The notes: generated by a model from the letters alone, not told the origin. A DNA stretch of 64,000 nucleotides from an uncultured Actinomycetota bacterium (GCA_963762535.1 CAVXKX010000006.1:66638-130637); one strand, 5' to 3'. Numbered from the stretch's first letter, positions 43,996 through 56,298 are shown. Translations and numbers: made by a program.

Positions 43996-45949
43996 CTACC
44001 CCCGTCCTGTCGTGGACGCCCCGATGGTGGCAGCCCGCCGCTCCCGCGCGATCTGCTGGACCGCTCCCAGGCCGTTGAAAGCCGGCTTCGCCAGCGTCTT
44101 GGAGTTTCCGGCCAGGTAGACCAGCGGCCACGTCACCAGGAACACCACGACGGTGTCGAGTGCGGTCGTGAGTCCCAGCGTGAACGCGAACCCCTTGACC
44201 TGACCGATCGCCAGGACATACAGCACGGCGGCGGCCAGGAAGGTGACCGCATTACCGGACAGGATCGTCTTACGGGCCCGTCTCCAGCCCCGCGGGATCG
44301 CCGACCGGAACGATTTGCCTTCGCGCATCTCGTCTTTGATGCGCTCAAAGAACACGACGAACGAGTCCGCCGTCGTACCGATACCGATGATCAGACCCGC
44401 GATACCGGCCAGATCCAGGGTGTAGTTGATATATCGGCCCAGCAGCACCAGAATCGCGAAAACCATTGCGCCAGAAGCTACTAACGACACTGCGGTCAGC
44501 ACGCCCAGCGCTCGGTAGTACAGCAGCGAGTACAGCAGAACCAGACCCAGTCCGATCGCGCCGCCGATCAGGCCCGCCCGTAGCGACGTCAACCCCAGTG
44601 TCGCAGAGACAGTTTGAGCCTCCGACGACTCGAACGACAACGGCAACGAGCCGTACTTGAGGACGTTGGCCAGCTCCTTGGCCGAGCTGCCGGTGAACGG
44701 CGGGTCTCCCCCGGTGATCTGGGTACGGCCACCGGGGATGGCTTCCCGGATTTGCGGCGCGCTGACCACCTGCGAGTCGAGCGTGAAAGCGGTCTGGGTG
44801 CCGACGTGAGCGGCGGTGAAATCGGCCCAGGTGTTGGCCGCACCGCTCTTGAACTGCACATCGACGACATAACCGCCGCTGCGCTGGTCCATGCCCGAGG
44901 TGGCGTTCTCGATCTGGTCGCCGCTGATGATCGACGGCGCCAGCAGATAGGCCTGTTTGTGGTCCTTGTCGCAGGTCACCAGCGGCAGGTCGGGATCGTC
45001 GTTGCCGGCCAGGATGTCTTCCTGGAAGCAGCGGGTGGCCTGATATTGCAGCGCCAGGAATTGCACGCCCTTGTTGGTGCTCTGCCGCCACTCTCGTTCC
45101 TTGGCGATGCGCTGAGCGAGGTCTTTGCGTGGGTCCGGCGGTCCAGGCTGGATCGGCGGAATGACCGGAGGTGCGGGCTGAGCCGATGGAGCGGGCGCGG
45201 GTGCGGGCTGCGACGTGGCAGGTGCCGTCTGCGCGGGCTTCGGCGGTGCCGGCGTGGGCGACGAGGGCGCGTCCAGCGGATAGGGCCGGGGCTGGGCCGG
45301 GACGCCCGGGGTGTCGGGCAGCAGTGGCAGGTCGCCCGGCAAGCCGGGGTTCGGCGCGGGATGGTGGCTGGCGCCGGCGCGGGCGGAACCACGCCGGGTG
45401 TTGCGCCGGGCACCGGGGCGCCGGGCTGTGCCCCGGGTGCAGGCGCGCCGGGTTTACCCCAGGTGCCGGTGCGCCGGGCGGCGGCGCACCCGGTGCCCGA
45501 CCGGCCGGGCCCCTCGGTACGCCGCGCGGTGCGGGCAGCCGCGGGCCGCCCTGCATGCCGGCACTGTCGACGGGCAGAGCGTTGATGACGGGACGGATGT
45601 ACAACCGCGCGGTCTGGCCGAGATTGCGCGCCTCGTTCCCGTCGGTCCCCGGCACGGTGATGACCAGGTTGTCGCCGTTGACGATGACCTCAGAACCCGA
45701 CACGCCCAGGCCGTTGACCCGGGCGCCGATGATCTGCTGAGCCTGTGACAGCGCGTCCCGGCTCGGCCGCGACCCGTCCGGCGTCCGTGCGGTCAACGTG
45801 ACCCGGGTACCGCCTTGCAGGTCGATGCCAAGTTTCGGGTCGGCCCGCTTGTTGCCGGTGAGGAACACCAGCAAATAGACGCCGATGAGCAGGACCAGGA
45901 AAACCGCCAGGTAGCGGCTAGGGTGCACCGGCGCCGATCGCGATGCCAC
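43996..45949 (-). CDS. secD: Protein translocase subunit SecD (frameshifts in the Pro-rich insert at about 45350-45530)
   Basis: [52 protein letters not shown] and VKGFAFTLG. Confidence 0.95.
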
Positions 45950-46070
45950 GTGTTGAGTCTCCTCCGCTCATGCGCGATGCGCTTTTGTGCAGGTTGTCAA
46001 CCCGCCGTTCGCCTCTCACGCCCCGATCAGTTCGGCCGCACCGAAAAGGGTACGTGGCGGGCCGTCGACC

Positions 46071-46400
46071 TCAGTCGTTGGGCAGTCGGCCCGGGTCGTC
46101 GGCCAGATCGTCGAGCTCGCCGTCCTCGGCGTCCAGGCCGTCGGGATCGATCCGGCTCCCGACCGCCAGCTTGGCCCAGGTGGTCACCACGCCGGGGGCG
46201 ATCTCGAGCTCCACCGTGTCGTCGGTCATGTGGGTGATGGTGCCGTGCAACCCCGAGGTGGTCTGCACCCGGTCACCGATCGTCAGCGACTCGTGCAGAT
46301 CGATGGTGGCCTGCATCGCGCGCTTCTGCCGGCGCGACGCGAAAAACATGAACGCCCCCAAGACGATCAGCATCGGTAGGAAGACAACCGTTTGGTTCAT
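46071..46400 (-). CDS. yajC: Preprotein translocase subunit YajC
   Basis: FLPMLIVLGAFMFFASRRQKRAMQ, GDRVQTTSGLHGTI and LEIAPGV. Confidence 0.93.
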   Translation of the reverse strand: MNQTVVFLPMLIVLGAFMFFASRRQKRAMQATIDLHESLTIGDRVQTTSGLHGTITHMTDDTVELEIAPGVVTTWAKLAVGSRIDPDGLDAEDGELDDLADDPGRLPND

Positions 46401-46499
46401 GTAGGCGAGGATCTTTCGTCGAGGTTGCTGGACGGTCACCAGTGTGCCATCAGGCCGTCTCCATGCTTGATCGCCGTCTCCATGCCTGATCATTGAGCA

Positions 46500-47204
46500 A
46501 TGGAGCACATACCTGTCGCGCAGCCTGCCCCGTTGTCGCTCGCCGAAGCATTGCGCACCACCGGCGCGGTGCGCGACTTCACTGACCGACCCGTCGACGA
46601 CGCGGTGCTGGCAAAGGTGCTCGACACCGCCCGCTTTGCGCCCAGCGGAGGCAATGCCCAAGCCTGGCGGGTGGTGGTGATCAAGGATCCGGCACACCGT
46701 CGCCGGCTGCGCGATTGCTATCTGCGCGGTAGCCGGGACTACCTGGCCTTGGCGGCTGCCGGCCTGCGGCCATGGGCGCCGACCAACGACCGCGAGGCCG
46801 AGGCCCGCGCGTTGGCTGCCGAGAGCTCAACGCCGCCAGGGCATTTCGCGGAGAAGTTCGACGAGACGCCGGTGTTGCTGGCCCTGTTCGCCGACTTGTC
46901 GATGCTGGCGGCGATCGACCGTGACGCGGACCGGTACACGTTCGCAGGCGGCGCGTCGATCTATCCGTTCGCGTGGAATGTCCTGCTGGCCGCGCGCGAC
47001 GAGGGTCTGGGCGGCGTCATCACCACGATCGCGATCCGTGAAGAGGCGCAGGTGAAATCAGTTCTGGGAGCGGCAGACCCGCTGGCGCTGGCCGCTGTCA
47101 TCGCGCTGGGCTATCCGGTTCGGCAGCCTCGCCGACTTCGTCGCGAACCTGTGAGCGCTTTTGTTACGGTCGATTCGATCGACGGCCCCGTATTCGCGGT
47201 TTGA
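46500..47204 (+). CDS. Nitroreductase family protein (FMN-dependent)
   Basis: EALRTTGAVRDF, ARFAPSGGNAQAW and NVLLAARDEGLGG. Confidence 0.9.
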   Translation: MEHIPVAQPAPLSLAEALRTTGAVRDFTDRPVDDAVLAKVLDTARFAPSGGNAQAWRVVVIKDPAHRRRLRDCYLRGSRDYLALAAAGLRPWAPTNDREAEARALAAESSTPPGHFAEKFDETPVLLALFADLSMLAAIDRDADRYTFAGGASIYPFAWNVLLAARDEGLGGVITTIAIREEAQVKSVLGAADPLALAAVIALGYPVRQPRRLRREPVSAFVTVDSIDGPVFAV

Positions 47205-47267
47205 AGCGGGCCAGGGTGTGGCACAAGTGACTTTGTTGGTTCCCAGGGGCTATCGAGGAGGTCCGAA

Positions 47268-47513
47268 GTGAGAAATCTTCTTGGCCGGTTGGCGGGTGCA
47301 CTGGTGCTCGCAGGGGCGGCCGTAGCGTTCGCCACGCCGGGCACGAGCTGGGCTGACCCGCCTGCGAACTGCGAGCCAGGCCAGTACTGGGACGGATACA
47401 GCAATATCTGTCGACCGGTCGGTCAGGGCCCGGCACTCAACTGTCCCCCGGGCCAGTGGTGGGACCCGAACGGCAACGTCTGCCGCGAGTTGGGGCACAC
47501 GGCCGCCGGCTGA
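47268..47513 (+). CDS. Small secreted protein with two CxPGQ[YW]WDxxxxxC repeats
   Basis: Signal peptide ending SWA-D, then CEPGQYWDGYSNIC and CPPGQWWDPNGNVC. GAGGAGG SD upstream. Confidence 0.75.
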   Translation: MRNLLGRLAGALVLAGAAVAFATPGTSWADPPANCEPGQYWDGYSNICRPVGQGPALNCPPGQWWDPNGNVCRELGHTAAG

Positions 47514-47584
47514 TTCAGCTCACCACCGGGCTTCGTCGCAGCTGAACTCCGCGGCCTGACTCTGCAGCGGGCTAGGCTTTTGGC

Positions 47585-48926
47585 GTGTCTGCGATCGAAC
47601 AGAGCCGCCACCTCGTCACCGAGATTCCTGGTCCGGCATCGCTGGAACTGAGCAGACGCCGCGCAGCGGCGGTGTCAGCCGGCGTAGGCAGGACAATGCC
47701 GGTGTTCGCCGCTCGAGCGGCAGGCGGAATCGTCGAGGACGTCGACGGGAACCGGCTGATCGACCTGGGCTCGGGCATCGCGGTCACGACCATCGGTAAC
47801 TCCGCACCGCGGGTCATCGACGCGGTGCGGGCACAGGTCGCCGACTTCACCCACACCTGCTTCATGGTGACGCCGTACGAGCAGTACGTCGCCGTCGCCG
47901 AGAAGCTCAACCAGCTCGCACCCGGCTCGGGTGAGAAGCGCTCGGTGCTGTTCAACTCCGGCGCGGAGGCGGTGGAGAACGCCGTCAAGATCGCCCGCGC
48001 CTACACGCGAAAAGATGCGGTGGTCGCGTTCGACCATGCCTACCACGGTCGCACCAACATGACGATGGCGCTGACCGCGAAGTCCATGCCCTACAAGAGT
48101 GGATTCGGGCCGTTCGCGCCGGAAATCTATCGGGCGCCCCTGTCCTACCCTTACCGCGACGGGCTGATCGACAAGGAGCTGGCCACCGACGGCGAGCTGG
48201 CCGCCCGGCGCGCCATCGACATCATTTCCAAGCAGGTCGGCGCCGACTAATCTCGCCGCGATCATCATCGAACCCATCCAGGGTGAAGGCGGTTTCATCG
48301 TCCCGGCCGAAGGGTTCCTGCCCGCACTGCTGAGCTGGTGCCGGCAGCACAACGTCGTGTTCATCGCCGACGAAGTGCAGACCGGGATCGCCCGGACCGG
48401 AGCCATGTTCGCCTGCGAGCACGAGGGCATCGAGCCTGACCTGATCTGTATCGCCAAGGGCATCGCCGACGGGCTGCCGCTATCCGCGGTCACCGGCCGC
48501 GCCGAGATCATGGACGCCCCACACTCCAGCGGCATCGGCGGCACTTTCGGCGGTAATCCGCTGGCCTGCGCGGCGGCGCTGGCGACTCTGGCCACCATCG
48601 AAGCCGACGGTCTGATCGAACGCGCTCATCAGATCGAACGGCTGATGAAAGGCCGGCTCCAGGCGCTGCAGGCCGCCGACGATCGCATCGGTGACGTGCG
48701 TGGCCGCGGCGCGATGATCGCCGTCGAGTTCGTCAAGCCTGACAGCGCCGAGCCCGATGCCGAGCTGACCAATGCACTCGCCGCCGCTGCACATGCCGCC
48801 GGCGTCATCCTGCTGACGGCCGGCACGTTCGGCAATGTCGTGCGCTTTCTACCGCCGCTGACCATCAGCGACGAGCTACTGACCGAAGGACTTGACGTCG
48901 TGGCCGGTCTGCTGGCGCAACTGTGA
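47585..48926 (+). CDS. gabT: 4-aminobutyrate--2-oxoglutarate transaminase (frameshift near 48248)
   Basis: FNSGAEAVENAVK, YHGRT, EPIQGEGGF, IADEVQTG and AKGIADGLPLS (PLP Lys). Confidence 0.93.
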
Positions 48927-49063
48927 AGCCCATCCGTTAGTCACCTCACATTTCCGCTCGCGGCAACCTTTGGGGAATATCGTTACCTTTGCTAACGTAG
49001 TAGTCCGTAGGCGCAACGAGGCGCCCGTCAGATTTCCCCAAGTCGCACATTGTGAGGTTCCGT

Positions 49064-52000
49064 ATGTCGACAGACACCGAAGAATTCCAGGAACAACGCG
49101 CCGCGAAGTTAGCCGCCGCCGACCCCGAGTTCGCAGCGGCGCGACCTGACCCGACCGTCAGCGAGGCCATCGAGGCCGCCGTGCCGCACCTTCCCGCGGT
49201 CGTCGAGGCCGTGTTGCACGGTTACTCCGACCGGCCCGCCCTGGCCCAGCGTGCGTATGAGCTGGTGACCGACCCGCAGACCGGACGCACCACTGCCACG
49301 CTGCTGCCCTGGTTCGACAAGGTCAGCTACGGCGAGCTGGCCGAGCGCGTCGGTGAGGTGTCTCGTGCGCTGACCGACGGGCTGATCAGCGCTGGTGACC
49401 GTGTCTGCGTGCTCGGCTTCACCAGCGTGGACTACACGACCATCGACATCGCGCTGGGCGTCGCGGGCGCCGTCTCGGTACCGCTGCAGACCAGCGCGGC
49501 GATCACCCAGCTGCAGCCGATCGTCGCCGAGACCGAGCCCACCGTCTTCGCCGCAAGTGTCGACTACCTGGCCGACGCTGTTGACGTGATCCTGGCCGCC
49601 GCCGAGGCGGGCCACCTTCCCGGACGCCTGGTGGTGTTCGACTACCGCGACGAGCTCGACGACAACCGCGAGGCACTGCAGCGCGCCCAGCAGCGGCTGG
49701 CCGGCCTCGAGCTGACCGTCGAGACGCTCAACGACCTCCGCGACCGGGGCGCCGCATTGCCGGCAGTCGGCGCCAAGACCGGCGCGAATGACCCGGAAGA
49801 CGTAGCCGACCCGCTGGCCCTGCTCATCTACACCTCGGGCAGCACCGGCGCCCCCAAGGGCGCGATGTACCCGCAGAGCAACGTCGCCAAGATGTGGAAC
49901 CGCTCGGCCAAGAACTGGTTCGGGCCCAGCGCCGCGTCGATCAGCCTGAACTTCATGCCGATGAGCCACGTCATGGGTCGCGGCACGCTGTACGGCACGC
50001 TCGGCAACGGCGGCACCGCCTACTTCGCCGCCAAGAGCGACCTGTCGACGCTGCTGGAAGACCTGCGGCTGGTGCGGCCCACCGAGCTGAACTTCGTCCC
50101 ACGCATCTGGGAGATGCTGTACAGCGACTTCCAGAGCGAGGTCGGCCGGCGGACCGCTGAGGGTGTCGACCGTCAAACCGCCGAGTCCCAAGTGATGGCC
50201 GAGCAGCGTGACGAATTGCTGGGCGGCCGCTACATCTTCGCGATGACCGGCTCAGCACCGACCTCTCCGGAGCTGCGGAACTGGGTCGAGTCGCTGCTGG
50301 AGATGCACCTGGTGGACGGCTACGGCTCCACCGAGGCGGGCATGGTCCTGCTCGACGGTGAGATCCAGCGCCCGCCGGTGATCGACTACAAGCTGGTCGA
50401 CGTTCCGGACCTGGGCTACTACGCCACCGACCGGCCATATCCGCGGGGCGAGCTGCTGCTCAAGACCCCCAACATGTTCCCCGGCTACTACAAGCGGGCC
50501 GAGACCACCGCCAGCGTGTTCGACGAGGACGGCTACTACCGCACCGGCGACGTGTTCGCCGAGATATCCCCGGACCACTTGGTCTACGTCGACCGCCGCA
50601 ACAACGTGCTGAAGCTGGCGCAGGGCGAGTTCGTCACCCTGGCCAAGCTGGAGGCGGAATTCGGCAACAGCCCACTGGTCCGCCAGATCTACATCTACGG
50701 CAACAGCGCCCAGCCTTATCTGCTGGCGGTCGTGGTGCCCACCGAAGATGCGCTGGCCACCCACAGCGCCGGCGCGCTCAAGTCGCGCATCGCCGAGTCG
50801 TTGCAGACCGTCGCCCGTCAGGCGAACCTGCAGTCCTACGAGGTGCCGCGTGACTTCATCATCGAGACCACGCCGTTCAGCCTGGAGAACGGCCTGCTGA
50901 CCGGTATCCGCAAACTGGCCTGGCCGAAGCTCAAGCAGCATTACGGCGAGCAGTTGGAGCAGCTGTACGCCGACCTGGCCGAAGGTCAGGCCAACGAGCT
51001 GGCCGAGCTGCGGCGCAGCGGCGCCGACGCGCCAGTGCTGGAGACCGTCAGCCGGGCCGCAGCGGCGCTGCTCGGTGCCGCGAAGTCCGATCTGACACCG
51101 GACGCCCACTTCACCGACTTGGGCGGAGACTCGTTGTCGGCGTTGACATTCGGCAACCTGCTGCACGAGATCTTCGACTGCGACGTGCCGGTGGGCGTGA
51201 TCGTCAGCCCGGCCAACGACCTGCAGGCGATCGCCACCTACATCGAGGGTGAGCGACAAGGCAGCAAGCGGCCCAGCTTCTCCTCGGTGCACGGTCGTGA
51301 CGCGGTCGAGGTGCATGCCAGTGACCTGACGCTGGACAAGTTCATCGACGCTGCGACGCTGGCCGCAGCACCTGAGCTGCCCGGGCCTGCCACCGAGGTG
51401 CGCACCGTGCTGTTGACCGGTTCCACCGGTTTTCTGGGCCGCTACCTGGCGCTGGAATGGCTGGAGCGGATGGACCTGGTCGACGGCAAGGTGATCGCCC
51501 TGGTGCGCGCGAAATCAGATGAAGACGCAAGGATGCGCCTCGACAAGACGTTCGACAGCGGCGATCCGAAGCTGCTGGAGCACTACCGGACGCTGGCCGC
51601 CGACCACCTCGAGGTCATCGCGGGCGACAAGGGTGAGGCCAATCTCGGCCTGGACGAGGCAACCTGGCAGCGCCTGGCCGACACCGTGGATCTGATCGTC
51701 GACCCCGCGGCCCTGGTCAACCACGTGTTGCCGTACAGCGAGTTGTTCGGCCCCAACGCTGTGGGCACTGCCGAGCTGCTGCGGATTGCGCTGACCAGCA
51801 AGCTGAAGGCCTTCGCCTACGTCTCGACAATCGGTGTGGGCGACCAGATCGAGCCCGGGAAGTTCATCGAGGACGCCGACATCCGGGAGATCAGTGCGAC
51901 CCGGCAGATCAACGACGGCTACGCCAACGGCTACGGCAACAGCAAGTGGGCCGGAGAGGTGTTGCTGCGCGAGGCCAACGACCTCTGCGGGCTGCCGGTC

Positions 52001-52600
52001 ACGGTGTTCCGCTGCGACATGATCCTGGCCGACACCACCTATGCGGGACAGCTGAACCTGCCGGACATGTTCACCCGGCAGATCCTCAGCCTGGTCGCCA
52101 CCGGTATCGCACCCGGCTCGTTCTACGAGCTCGACGCGGACGGCAACCGGCAACGCGCCCACTATGACGGGCTGCCGGTGGAGTTCATCGCCGAGGCGAT
52201 CTCGGAGTTGGGATCCCGGTTGGCGCATGAAGGAAGCGGGTTCCAGACGTATCACGTGATGAACCCGTACGACGACGGCATCGGCTTCGACGAGTACGTC
52301 GACTGGCTGATCGACGCCGGGTATCCGATCCAGCGGGTCGGCGACTACGCCACCTGGCTGCAGCGGTTCGAGACGGCACTGCGTGCCCTGCCCGAGCGTC
52401 AGCGCCAGTACTCGCTGCTGCCGCTGCTGCACAACTACCAGAAGCCGCAGGCACCGCTCAACGGGTCGATGGCTCCGACAGACCGGTTCCGCACCGCGGT
52501 GCAAGAGGCGAAAATCGGTCCGGATAAAGACATTCCGCACGTCTCGCAGGCGGTCATCGTCAAGTACGTCACCGATCTGCAGCTACTCGGACTGCTCTAG
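49064..52600 (+). CDS. car: Carboxylic acid reductase (A-T-R; FadD9/Car)
   Basis: A domain [11 protein letters not shown] and DGYGSTE, T domain LGGDSLSA, R domain TGSTGFLG and YGNSK. Confidence 0.96.
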   Translation: MSTDTEEFQEQRAAKLAAADPEFAAARPDPTVSEAIEAAVPHLPAVVEAVLHGYSDRPALAQRAYELVTDPQTGRTTATLLPWFDKVSYGELAERVGEVSRALTDGLISAGDRVCVLGFTSVDYTTIDIALGVAGAVSVPLQTSAAITQLQPIVAETEPTVFAASVDYLADAVDVILAAAEAGHLPGRLVVFDYRDELDDNREALQRAQQRLAGLELTVETLNDLRDRGAALPAVGAKTGANDPEDVADPLALLIYTSGSTGAPKGAMYPQSNVAKMWNRSAKNWFGPSAASISLNFMPMSHVMGRGTLYGTLGNGGTAYFAAKSDLSTLLEDLRLVRPTELNFVPRIWEMLYSDFQSEVGRRTAEGVDRQTAESQVMAEQRDELLGGRYIFAMTGSAPTSPELRNWVESLLEMHLVDGYGSTEAGMVLLDGEIQRPPVIDYKLVDVPDLGYYATDRPYPRGELLLKTPNMFPGYYKRAETTASVFDEDGYYRTGDVFAEISPDHLVYVDRRNNVLKLAQGEFVTLAKLEAEFGNSPLVRQIYIYGNSAQPYLLAVVVPTEDALATHSAGALKSRIAESLQTVARQANLQSYEVPRDFIIETTPFSLENGLLTGIRKLAWPKLKQHYGEQLEQLYADLAEGQANELAELRRSGADAPVLETVSRAAAALLGAAKSDLTPDAHFTDLGGDSLSALTFGNLLHEIFDCDVPVGVIVSPANDLQAIATYIEGERQGSKRPSFSSVHGRDAVEVHASDLTLDKFIDAATLAAAPELPGPATEVRTVLLTGSTGFLGRYLALEWLERMDLVDGKVIALVRAKSDEDARMRLDKTFDSGDPKLLEHYRTLAADHLEVIAGDKGEANLGLDEATWQRLADTVDLIVDPAALVNHVLPYSELFGPNAVGTAELLRIALTSKLKAFAYVSTIGVGDQIEPGKFIEDADIREISATRQINDGYANGYGNSKWAGEVLLREANDLCGLPVTVFRCDMILADTTYAGQLNLPDMFTRQILSLVATGIAPGSFYELDADGNRQRAHYDGLPVEFIAEAISELGSRLAHEGSGFQTYHVMNPYDDGIGFDEYVDWLIDAGYPIQRVGDYATWLQRFETALRALPERQRQYSLLPLLHNYQKPQAPLNGSMAPTDRFRTAVQEAKIGPDKDIPHVSQAVIVKYVTDLQLLGLL

Positions 52601-52607
52601 ACCGGCG

Positions 52608-52661
52608 AACAGACGCAGAATCGCACGGCCGGACACCGGCTCGTGCGATTCTGCGTCTGTT
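52608..52661. repeat. REP-like long hairpin / terminator after car
   Basis: Perfect 20-bp arms AACAGACGCAGAATCGCACG and CGTGCGATTCTGCGTCTGTT, plus an inner GCCGG/CCGGC stem. Confidence 0.8.
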
Positions 52662-52678
52662 GGCGCCTGCTGCCGGTG

Positions 52679-53329
52679 CTACCGGTGTGCGCCGGCGTGT
52701 TTGCGGCGGCGGAAAAAGCCGCCCTTTTCCCGAACTTCCTGCTGGTAGGACTCGGGCGCGCGGTGGGTTTGCGCCTCTGGCGATACTGCCGGCGCGGCGA
52801 AGGCGCCGGATGCGTCCGTAGCCGGCACCGGCTCAGGGTCGCGGGCCAACTCCACATCCCGCGCCGTCCGGATCGTCACTCGCGCCAGGACCGCCCCACC
52901 AAGAAAGACGATCAGCGCACCGAGCCCGGAGAAGGACGCGAGCTCGATCGCCGCGCGCTTGGCGTCCGTCGAAGCGATCGGCTGGCCGACGTCGCCGAGG
53001 CGCAGGGTTGGCGCCAGTGTGCGGCCGATGACAAACCAGGCGCCCCCGATCACCGCGAGCCAACCGCCGAACATTGCCGTGGCGCGGTTTCCCGACACCA
53101 GCAACAGGACGCCGCCCGCCGCGGTGATGACTCCGGGGAACACCTCCAGCCATCCACGAGCAGTGGTCCACAGCCAGGCCTGATCCGGTGTGTGGGCGAA
53201 ATGCAAGTACGGCCCGATGAAGGGAATCAACGCTCCCCATGCACCCAGGCCGATTAGGAGCAATCCGCTCACCGCGCCACGGCTGCGCGGCATGTGCAGG
53301 GCGCGGACGCCCGACCGCGAGTCAGTCAT
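52679..53329 (-). CDS. Conserved actinobacterial membrane protein of unknown function
   Basis: MPRSRGAVSGLLLIGLGAWGALIPFIGPY...WLEVFPG, about four hydrophobic segments and a basic C-terminal tail. Confidence 0.78.
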   Translation of the reverse strand: MTDSRSGVRALHMPRSRGAVSGLLLIGLGAWGALIPFIGPYLHFAHTPDQAWLWTTARGWLEVFPGVITAAGGVLLLVSGNRATAMFGGWLAVIGGAWFVIGRTLAPTLRLGDVGQPIASTDAKRAAIELASFSGLGALIVFLGGAVLARVTIRTARDVELARDPEPVPATDASGAFAAPAVSPEAQTHRAPESYQQEVREKGGFFRRRKHAGAHR

Positions 53330-53573
53330 TTTCGAGTTCTCCTCACACAGTGGACACACCGGTGTGTGTCAAGAGCGTGCTGAGTACCCGTCTGCGTTGG
53401 CGATATAACCTGGGTCGCGGCCGCGTGTCGCGGGCGCTCCTTAGACCCGCCCTAGAGCCGGTCGGCGCGAACCTCGGTGAGCAACGTCGCAGTGTGGCAC
53501 TGAAACGGATAGTCACTGATTTATGAACCGAGCATCCGGATCCAGCAAAGGCTGGATTTTTTCAGTATCCGGC

Positions 53574-53963
53574 CTAGCGCCTGACGAGACCGATCACCAA
53601 CAGGACAACGGCGATGGCCGGGAACGTGCCCTGCGTCAGCGCCGCCCGCGCCTTGTCCGGCGCCGACGCCAGCAACACGGCCGCGGCCGCGACCATCGAT
53701 CCGACGCCGGCGAAGATCAGCGCAGCGCCAACACCCTTGTGCCCCAACTCAATTGCTCCGATACCCACGCCGGTGACGATCGCCAGAAAAAGGTTGTAGA
53801 AGCCCTGGTTGAACGCCAGCAGTTTGGTGGTCTCCGCTTCCTCAGCGGTAGTACCGAATGCGGCACGGGTGCGCTTGCTGGTCCAGGTCAACGACTCCAT
53901 CGTGAAGATGTAGACATGCAGCAACCCGGCCAGCCCGGCGAATACCAATGCGGCAGTGATCAT
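53574..53963 (-). CDS. DUF1304 family membrane protein
   Basis: LLHVYIFTMES, LAFNQGFYNLFLA and ALTQG. Confidence 0.88.
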   Translation of the reverse strand: MITAALVFAGLAGLLHVYIFTMESLTWTSKRTRAAFGTTAEEAETTKLLAFNQGFYNLFLAIVTGVGIGAIELGHKGVGAALIFAGVGSMVAAAAVLLASAPDKARAALTQGTFPAIAVVLLVIGLVRR

Positions 53964-54026
53964 CGCGATCTCCTACTCTCTGGTGTCGACCCGTTTCACC
54001 CGGCTCCGCCGCGCTCACGATCGCCA

Positions 54027-55081
54027 CTACTGGAAAAGTCCCGGCTGCCCCAGACCGCTGGCCCGCGGGGGTGGTGTCATCCCTAGGTGTGTCCACGCCT
54101 GCGGGGTCGCGACCCTGCCGCGCGGAGTGCGGGCGAGCATGCCGGCCCGCACCAGGAAAGGCTCGCACACCTCCTCGACGGTGGTGGCCTCTTCGCCGAC
54201 GGCGACCGCCAGTGTCGACACACCGACCGGCCCGCCGCCGAAGCTGCGGGTCAGCGCCGACAGCACTGCACGGTCCAGCCGGTCGAGGCCGAGCTCGTCG
54301 ACGTCATAGACCGCGAGCGCGGATTTGGCCACGTCACGGGTGATCACGCCGTCGGCGCGCACCTCGGCGAAGTCGCGGACCCGGCGCAGCAGCCGGTTGG
54401 CGATGCGCGGGGTGCCCCGCGAGCGTCGCGCGATCTCCGCGCCGGCCTCGCCACCGAGCTCGATTCCCAGGATCCCGGCAGAGCGGGTCAGCACCCGCTC
54501 CAACTCGGCCGGCTCGTAGAAGTCCATGTGTGCGGTGAACCCGAACCGGTCACGCAGCGGGCCGGTCAACGCACCGGACCGGGTGGTCGCACCGACCAGG
54601 GTGAACGGCGCCACCTCCAGCGGAATCGATGTCGCCCCAGGGCCTTTGCCGACGATGACGTCGACCCGGAAATCCTCCATCGCCAGGTACAGCATCTCTT
54701 CGGCGGGCCGGGCGATGCGGTGAATCTCGTCGATGAACAACACGTCGTGCTCGACGAGGTTGGACAGCATCGCCGCCAGGTCTCCGGCGCGTTCCAGCGC
54801 CGGGCCGGACGTCACCCGCAGCGACGACCCCAGTTCGGCGGCGATGATCATCGCCAGCGACGTCTTGCCCAGCCCGGGCGGACCGGACAGCAGGATGTGA
54901 TCCGGTGTGCCGCCGCGGTTTTTGGCACCCTCGATGACCAGCTGTAACTGTTCGCGCACCCGCGGCTGGCCGATGAACTCCCCCAGCGAGCGTGGCCGCA
55001 GGCTCGCGTCGACGTCGCCTTCGCCGACGGTCAGAGCCGCGGAGACCTCCCGGTCTTCGGGGTCTTCGTCTTAAGGCTCAT
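54027..55081 (-). CDS. ruvB: Holliday junction branch-migration helicase RuvB (indel near the start)
   Basis: [32 protein letters not shown] and LRDRFG. Confidence 0.96.
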
Positions 55082-55113
55082 CGGATCTCTACGCCGCATA
55101 TGTGTCAGCGGGC

Positions 55114-55705
55114 TCACTTCGTCTTCCCCAGCAACGACAGCGCCGACCGCAGCGCCGTCGACGTGGTGGCCTCCTCGTCGGCCGCCAATACTTTGTCGGT
55201 GGCCTCTTCGGCCTGTTTGGCCGCAAAGCCAAGTCCCACAAGGGCTTCCACCACCGGCCCGCGGATGCTATGGCCGTTGAGCGCTGGACCTGTCGACGGG
55301 CGAAACCGGACCGATCTTGTCGCGCAGCTCGAGCACCAGCCGCTCGGCGCCGCGCTTGCCGATGCCGGGAACCCGGGTCAGCGCGGTGACGTCGCCGTCG
55401 GCCAGTGCCTGCCGTAGCGCCGTCGCGTCGTACACCGCGAGCGTTGCCAGCGCGATCTTCGGGCCGACGCCGGAAACTCCGAGCAACGTCAGGAACAGAT
55501 CGCGGGCGTCTGCGTCGGGAAATCCGTAGAGCGTCATCGAGTCTTCGCGGACGATCATCGCGGTGATCAAGCGGGCTTCGCTGCCCCGCCGCAGCGTCGC
55601 GAGGGTAGACGGAGTCGCCATCAGCTTGTAACCGACGCCCGCCGCCTCGATGACCACATGGTCGAGTGCGACATCGAGCACCTCACCCCGCACCGACGCG
55701 ATCAT
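55114..55705 (-). CDS. ruvA: Holliday junction DNA-binding protein RuvA (frameshift near 55290)
   Basis: [34 protein letters not shown]; C-terminal VEALVGLGF in the shifted frame. Confidence 0.95.
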
Positions 55706-56255
55706 GTGGCTGCCCGCACTTTGGCAGCGAACTTTCTGCGCTGCTCGGCGACCTTGGCCTCAGCTTCGGCCATCCGAGCGATCATCGGCGCTCGCCAGCA
55801 GTGACAGATGGCCAGCGCGAGCGCGTCCGCCGCGTCTGCCGGCGTCGGTTTAGCTTGCAGCCCAAGGATTCTGGTGACCATCGTGGTGACCTGAGCCTTG
55901 TCGGCCCGGCCGTTACCGGTCACTGCGGCCTTGACCTCGCTGGGAGTATGGAAGTACACCTCGATGTTGCGTTTGGCCGCAGCGAGCGCGATCACGCCGC
56001 CGGCTTGCGCGGTCCCCATCGCGGTGTTGGCGTTCTGGTTGGCGAACACCCGCTCAATCGCGACGACGTCGGGCAGGTGGGTGTCCATCCAGTGATCGAC
56101 GGTGTCGCTGATCGTGAGCAGCCTTTTCGGCAGCGCCTCGCCGGCGGGAGTGCGCACTACATCGACATCGAGCGCGATGATCTGTCGGCCGCGCCGTTCT
56201 CCACGACTGACAGCCCGCAACGGGTCAGCCCGGGATCGACGCCCATCACCCGCAC
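55702..56255 (-). CDS. ruvC: Crossover junction endodeoxyribonuclease RuvC (indel near 56190)
   Basis: [41 protein letters not shown] and [12 protein letters not shown]. Confidence 0.95.
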
Positions 56256-56282
56256 AGCTTGCTCCGTTAGCCGACCGGTTGC

Positions 56283-56298
56283 CCGAACACTTGTTCGA
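56283..56298. promoter_or_regulatory. LexA (SOS) box upstream of ruvCAB
   Basis: The minus strand reads TCGAAC-AAGT-GTTCGG, a 1-mismatch SOS box 28 bp upstream of the ruvC start. Confidence 0.85.
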
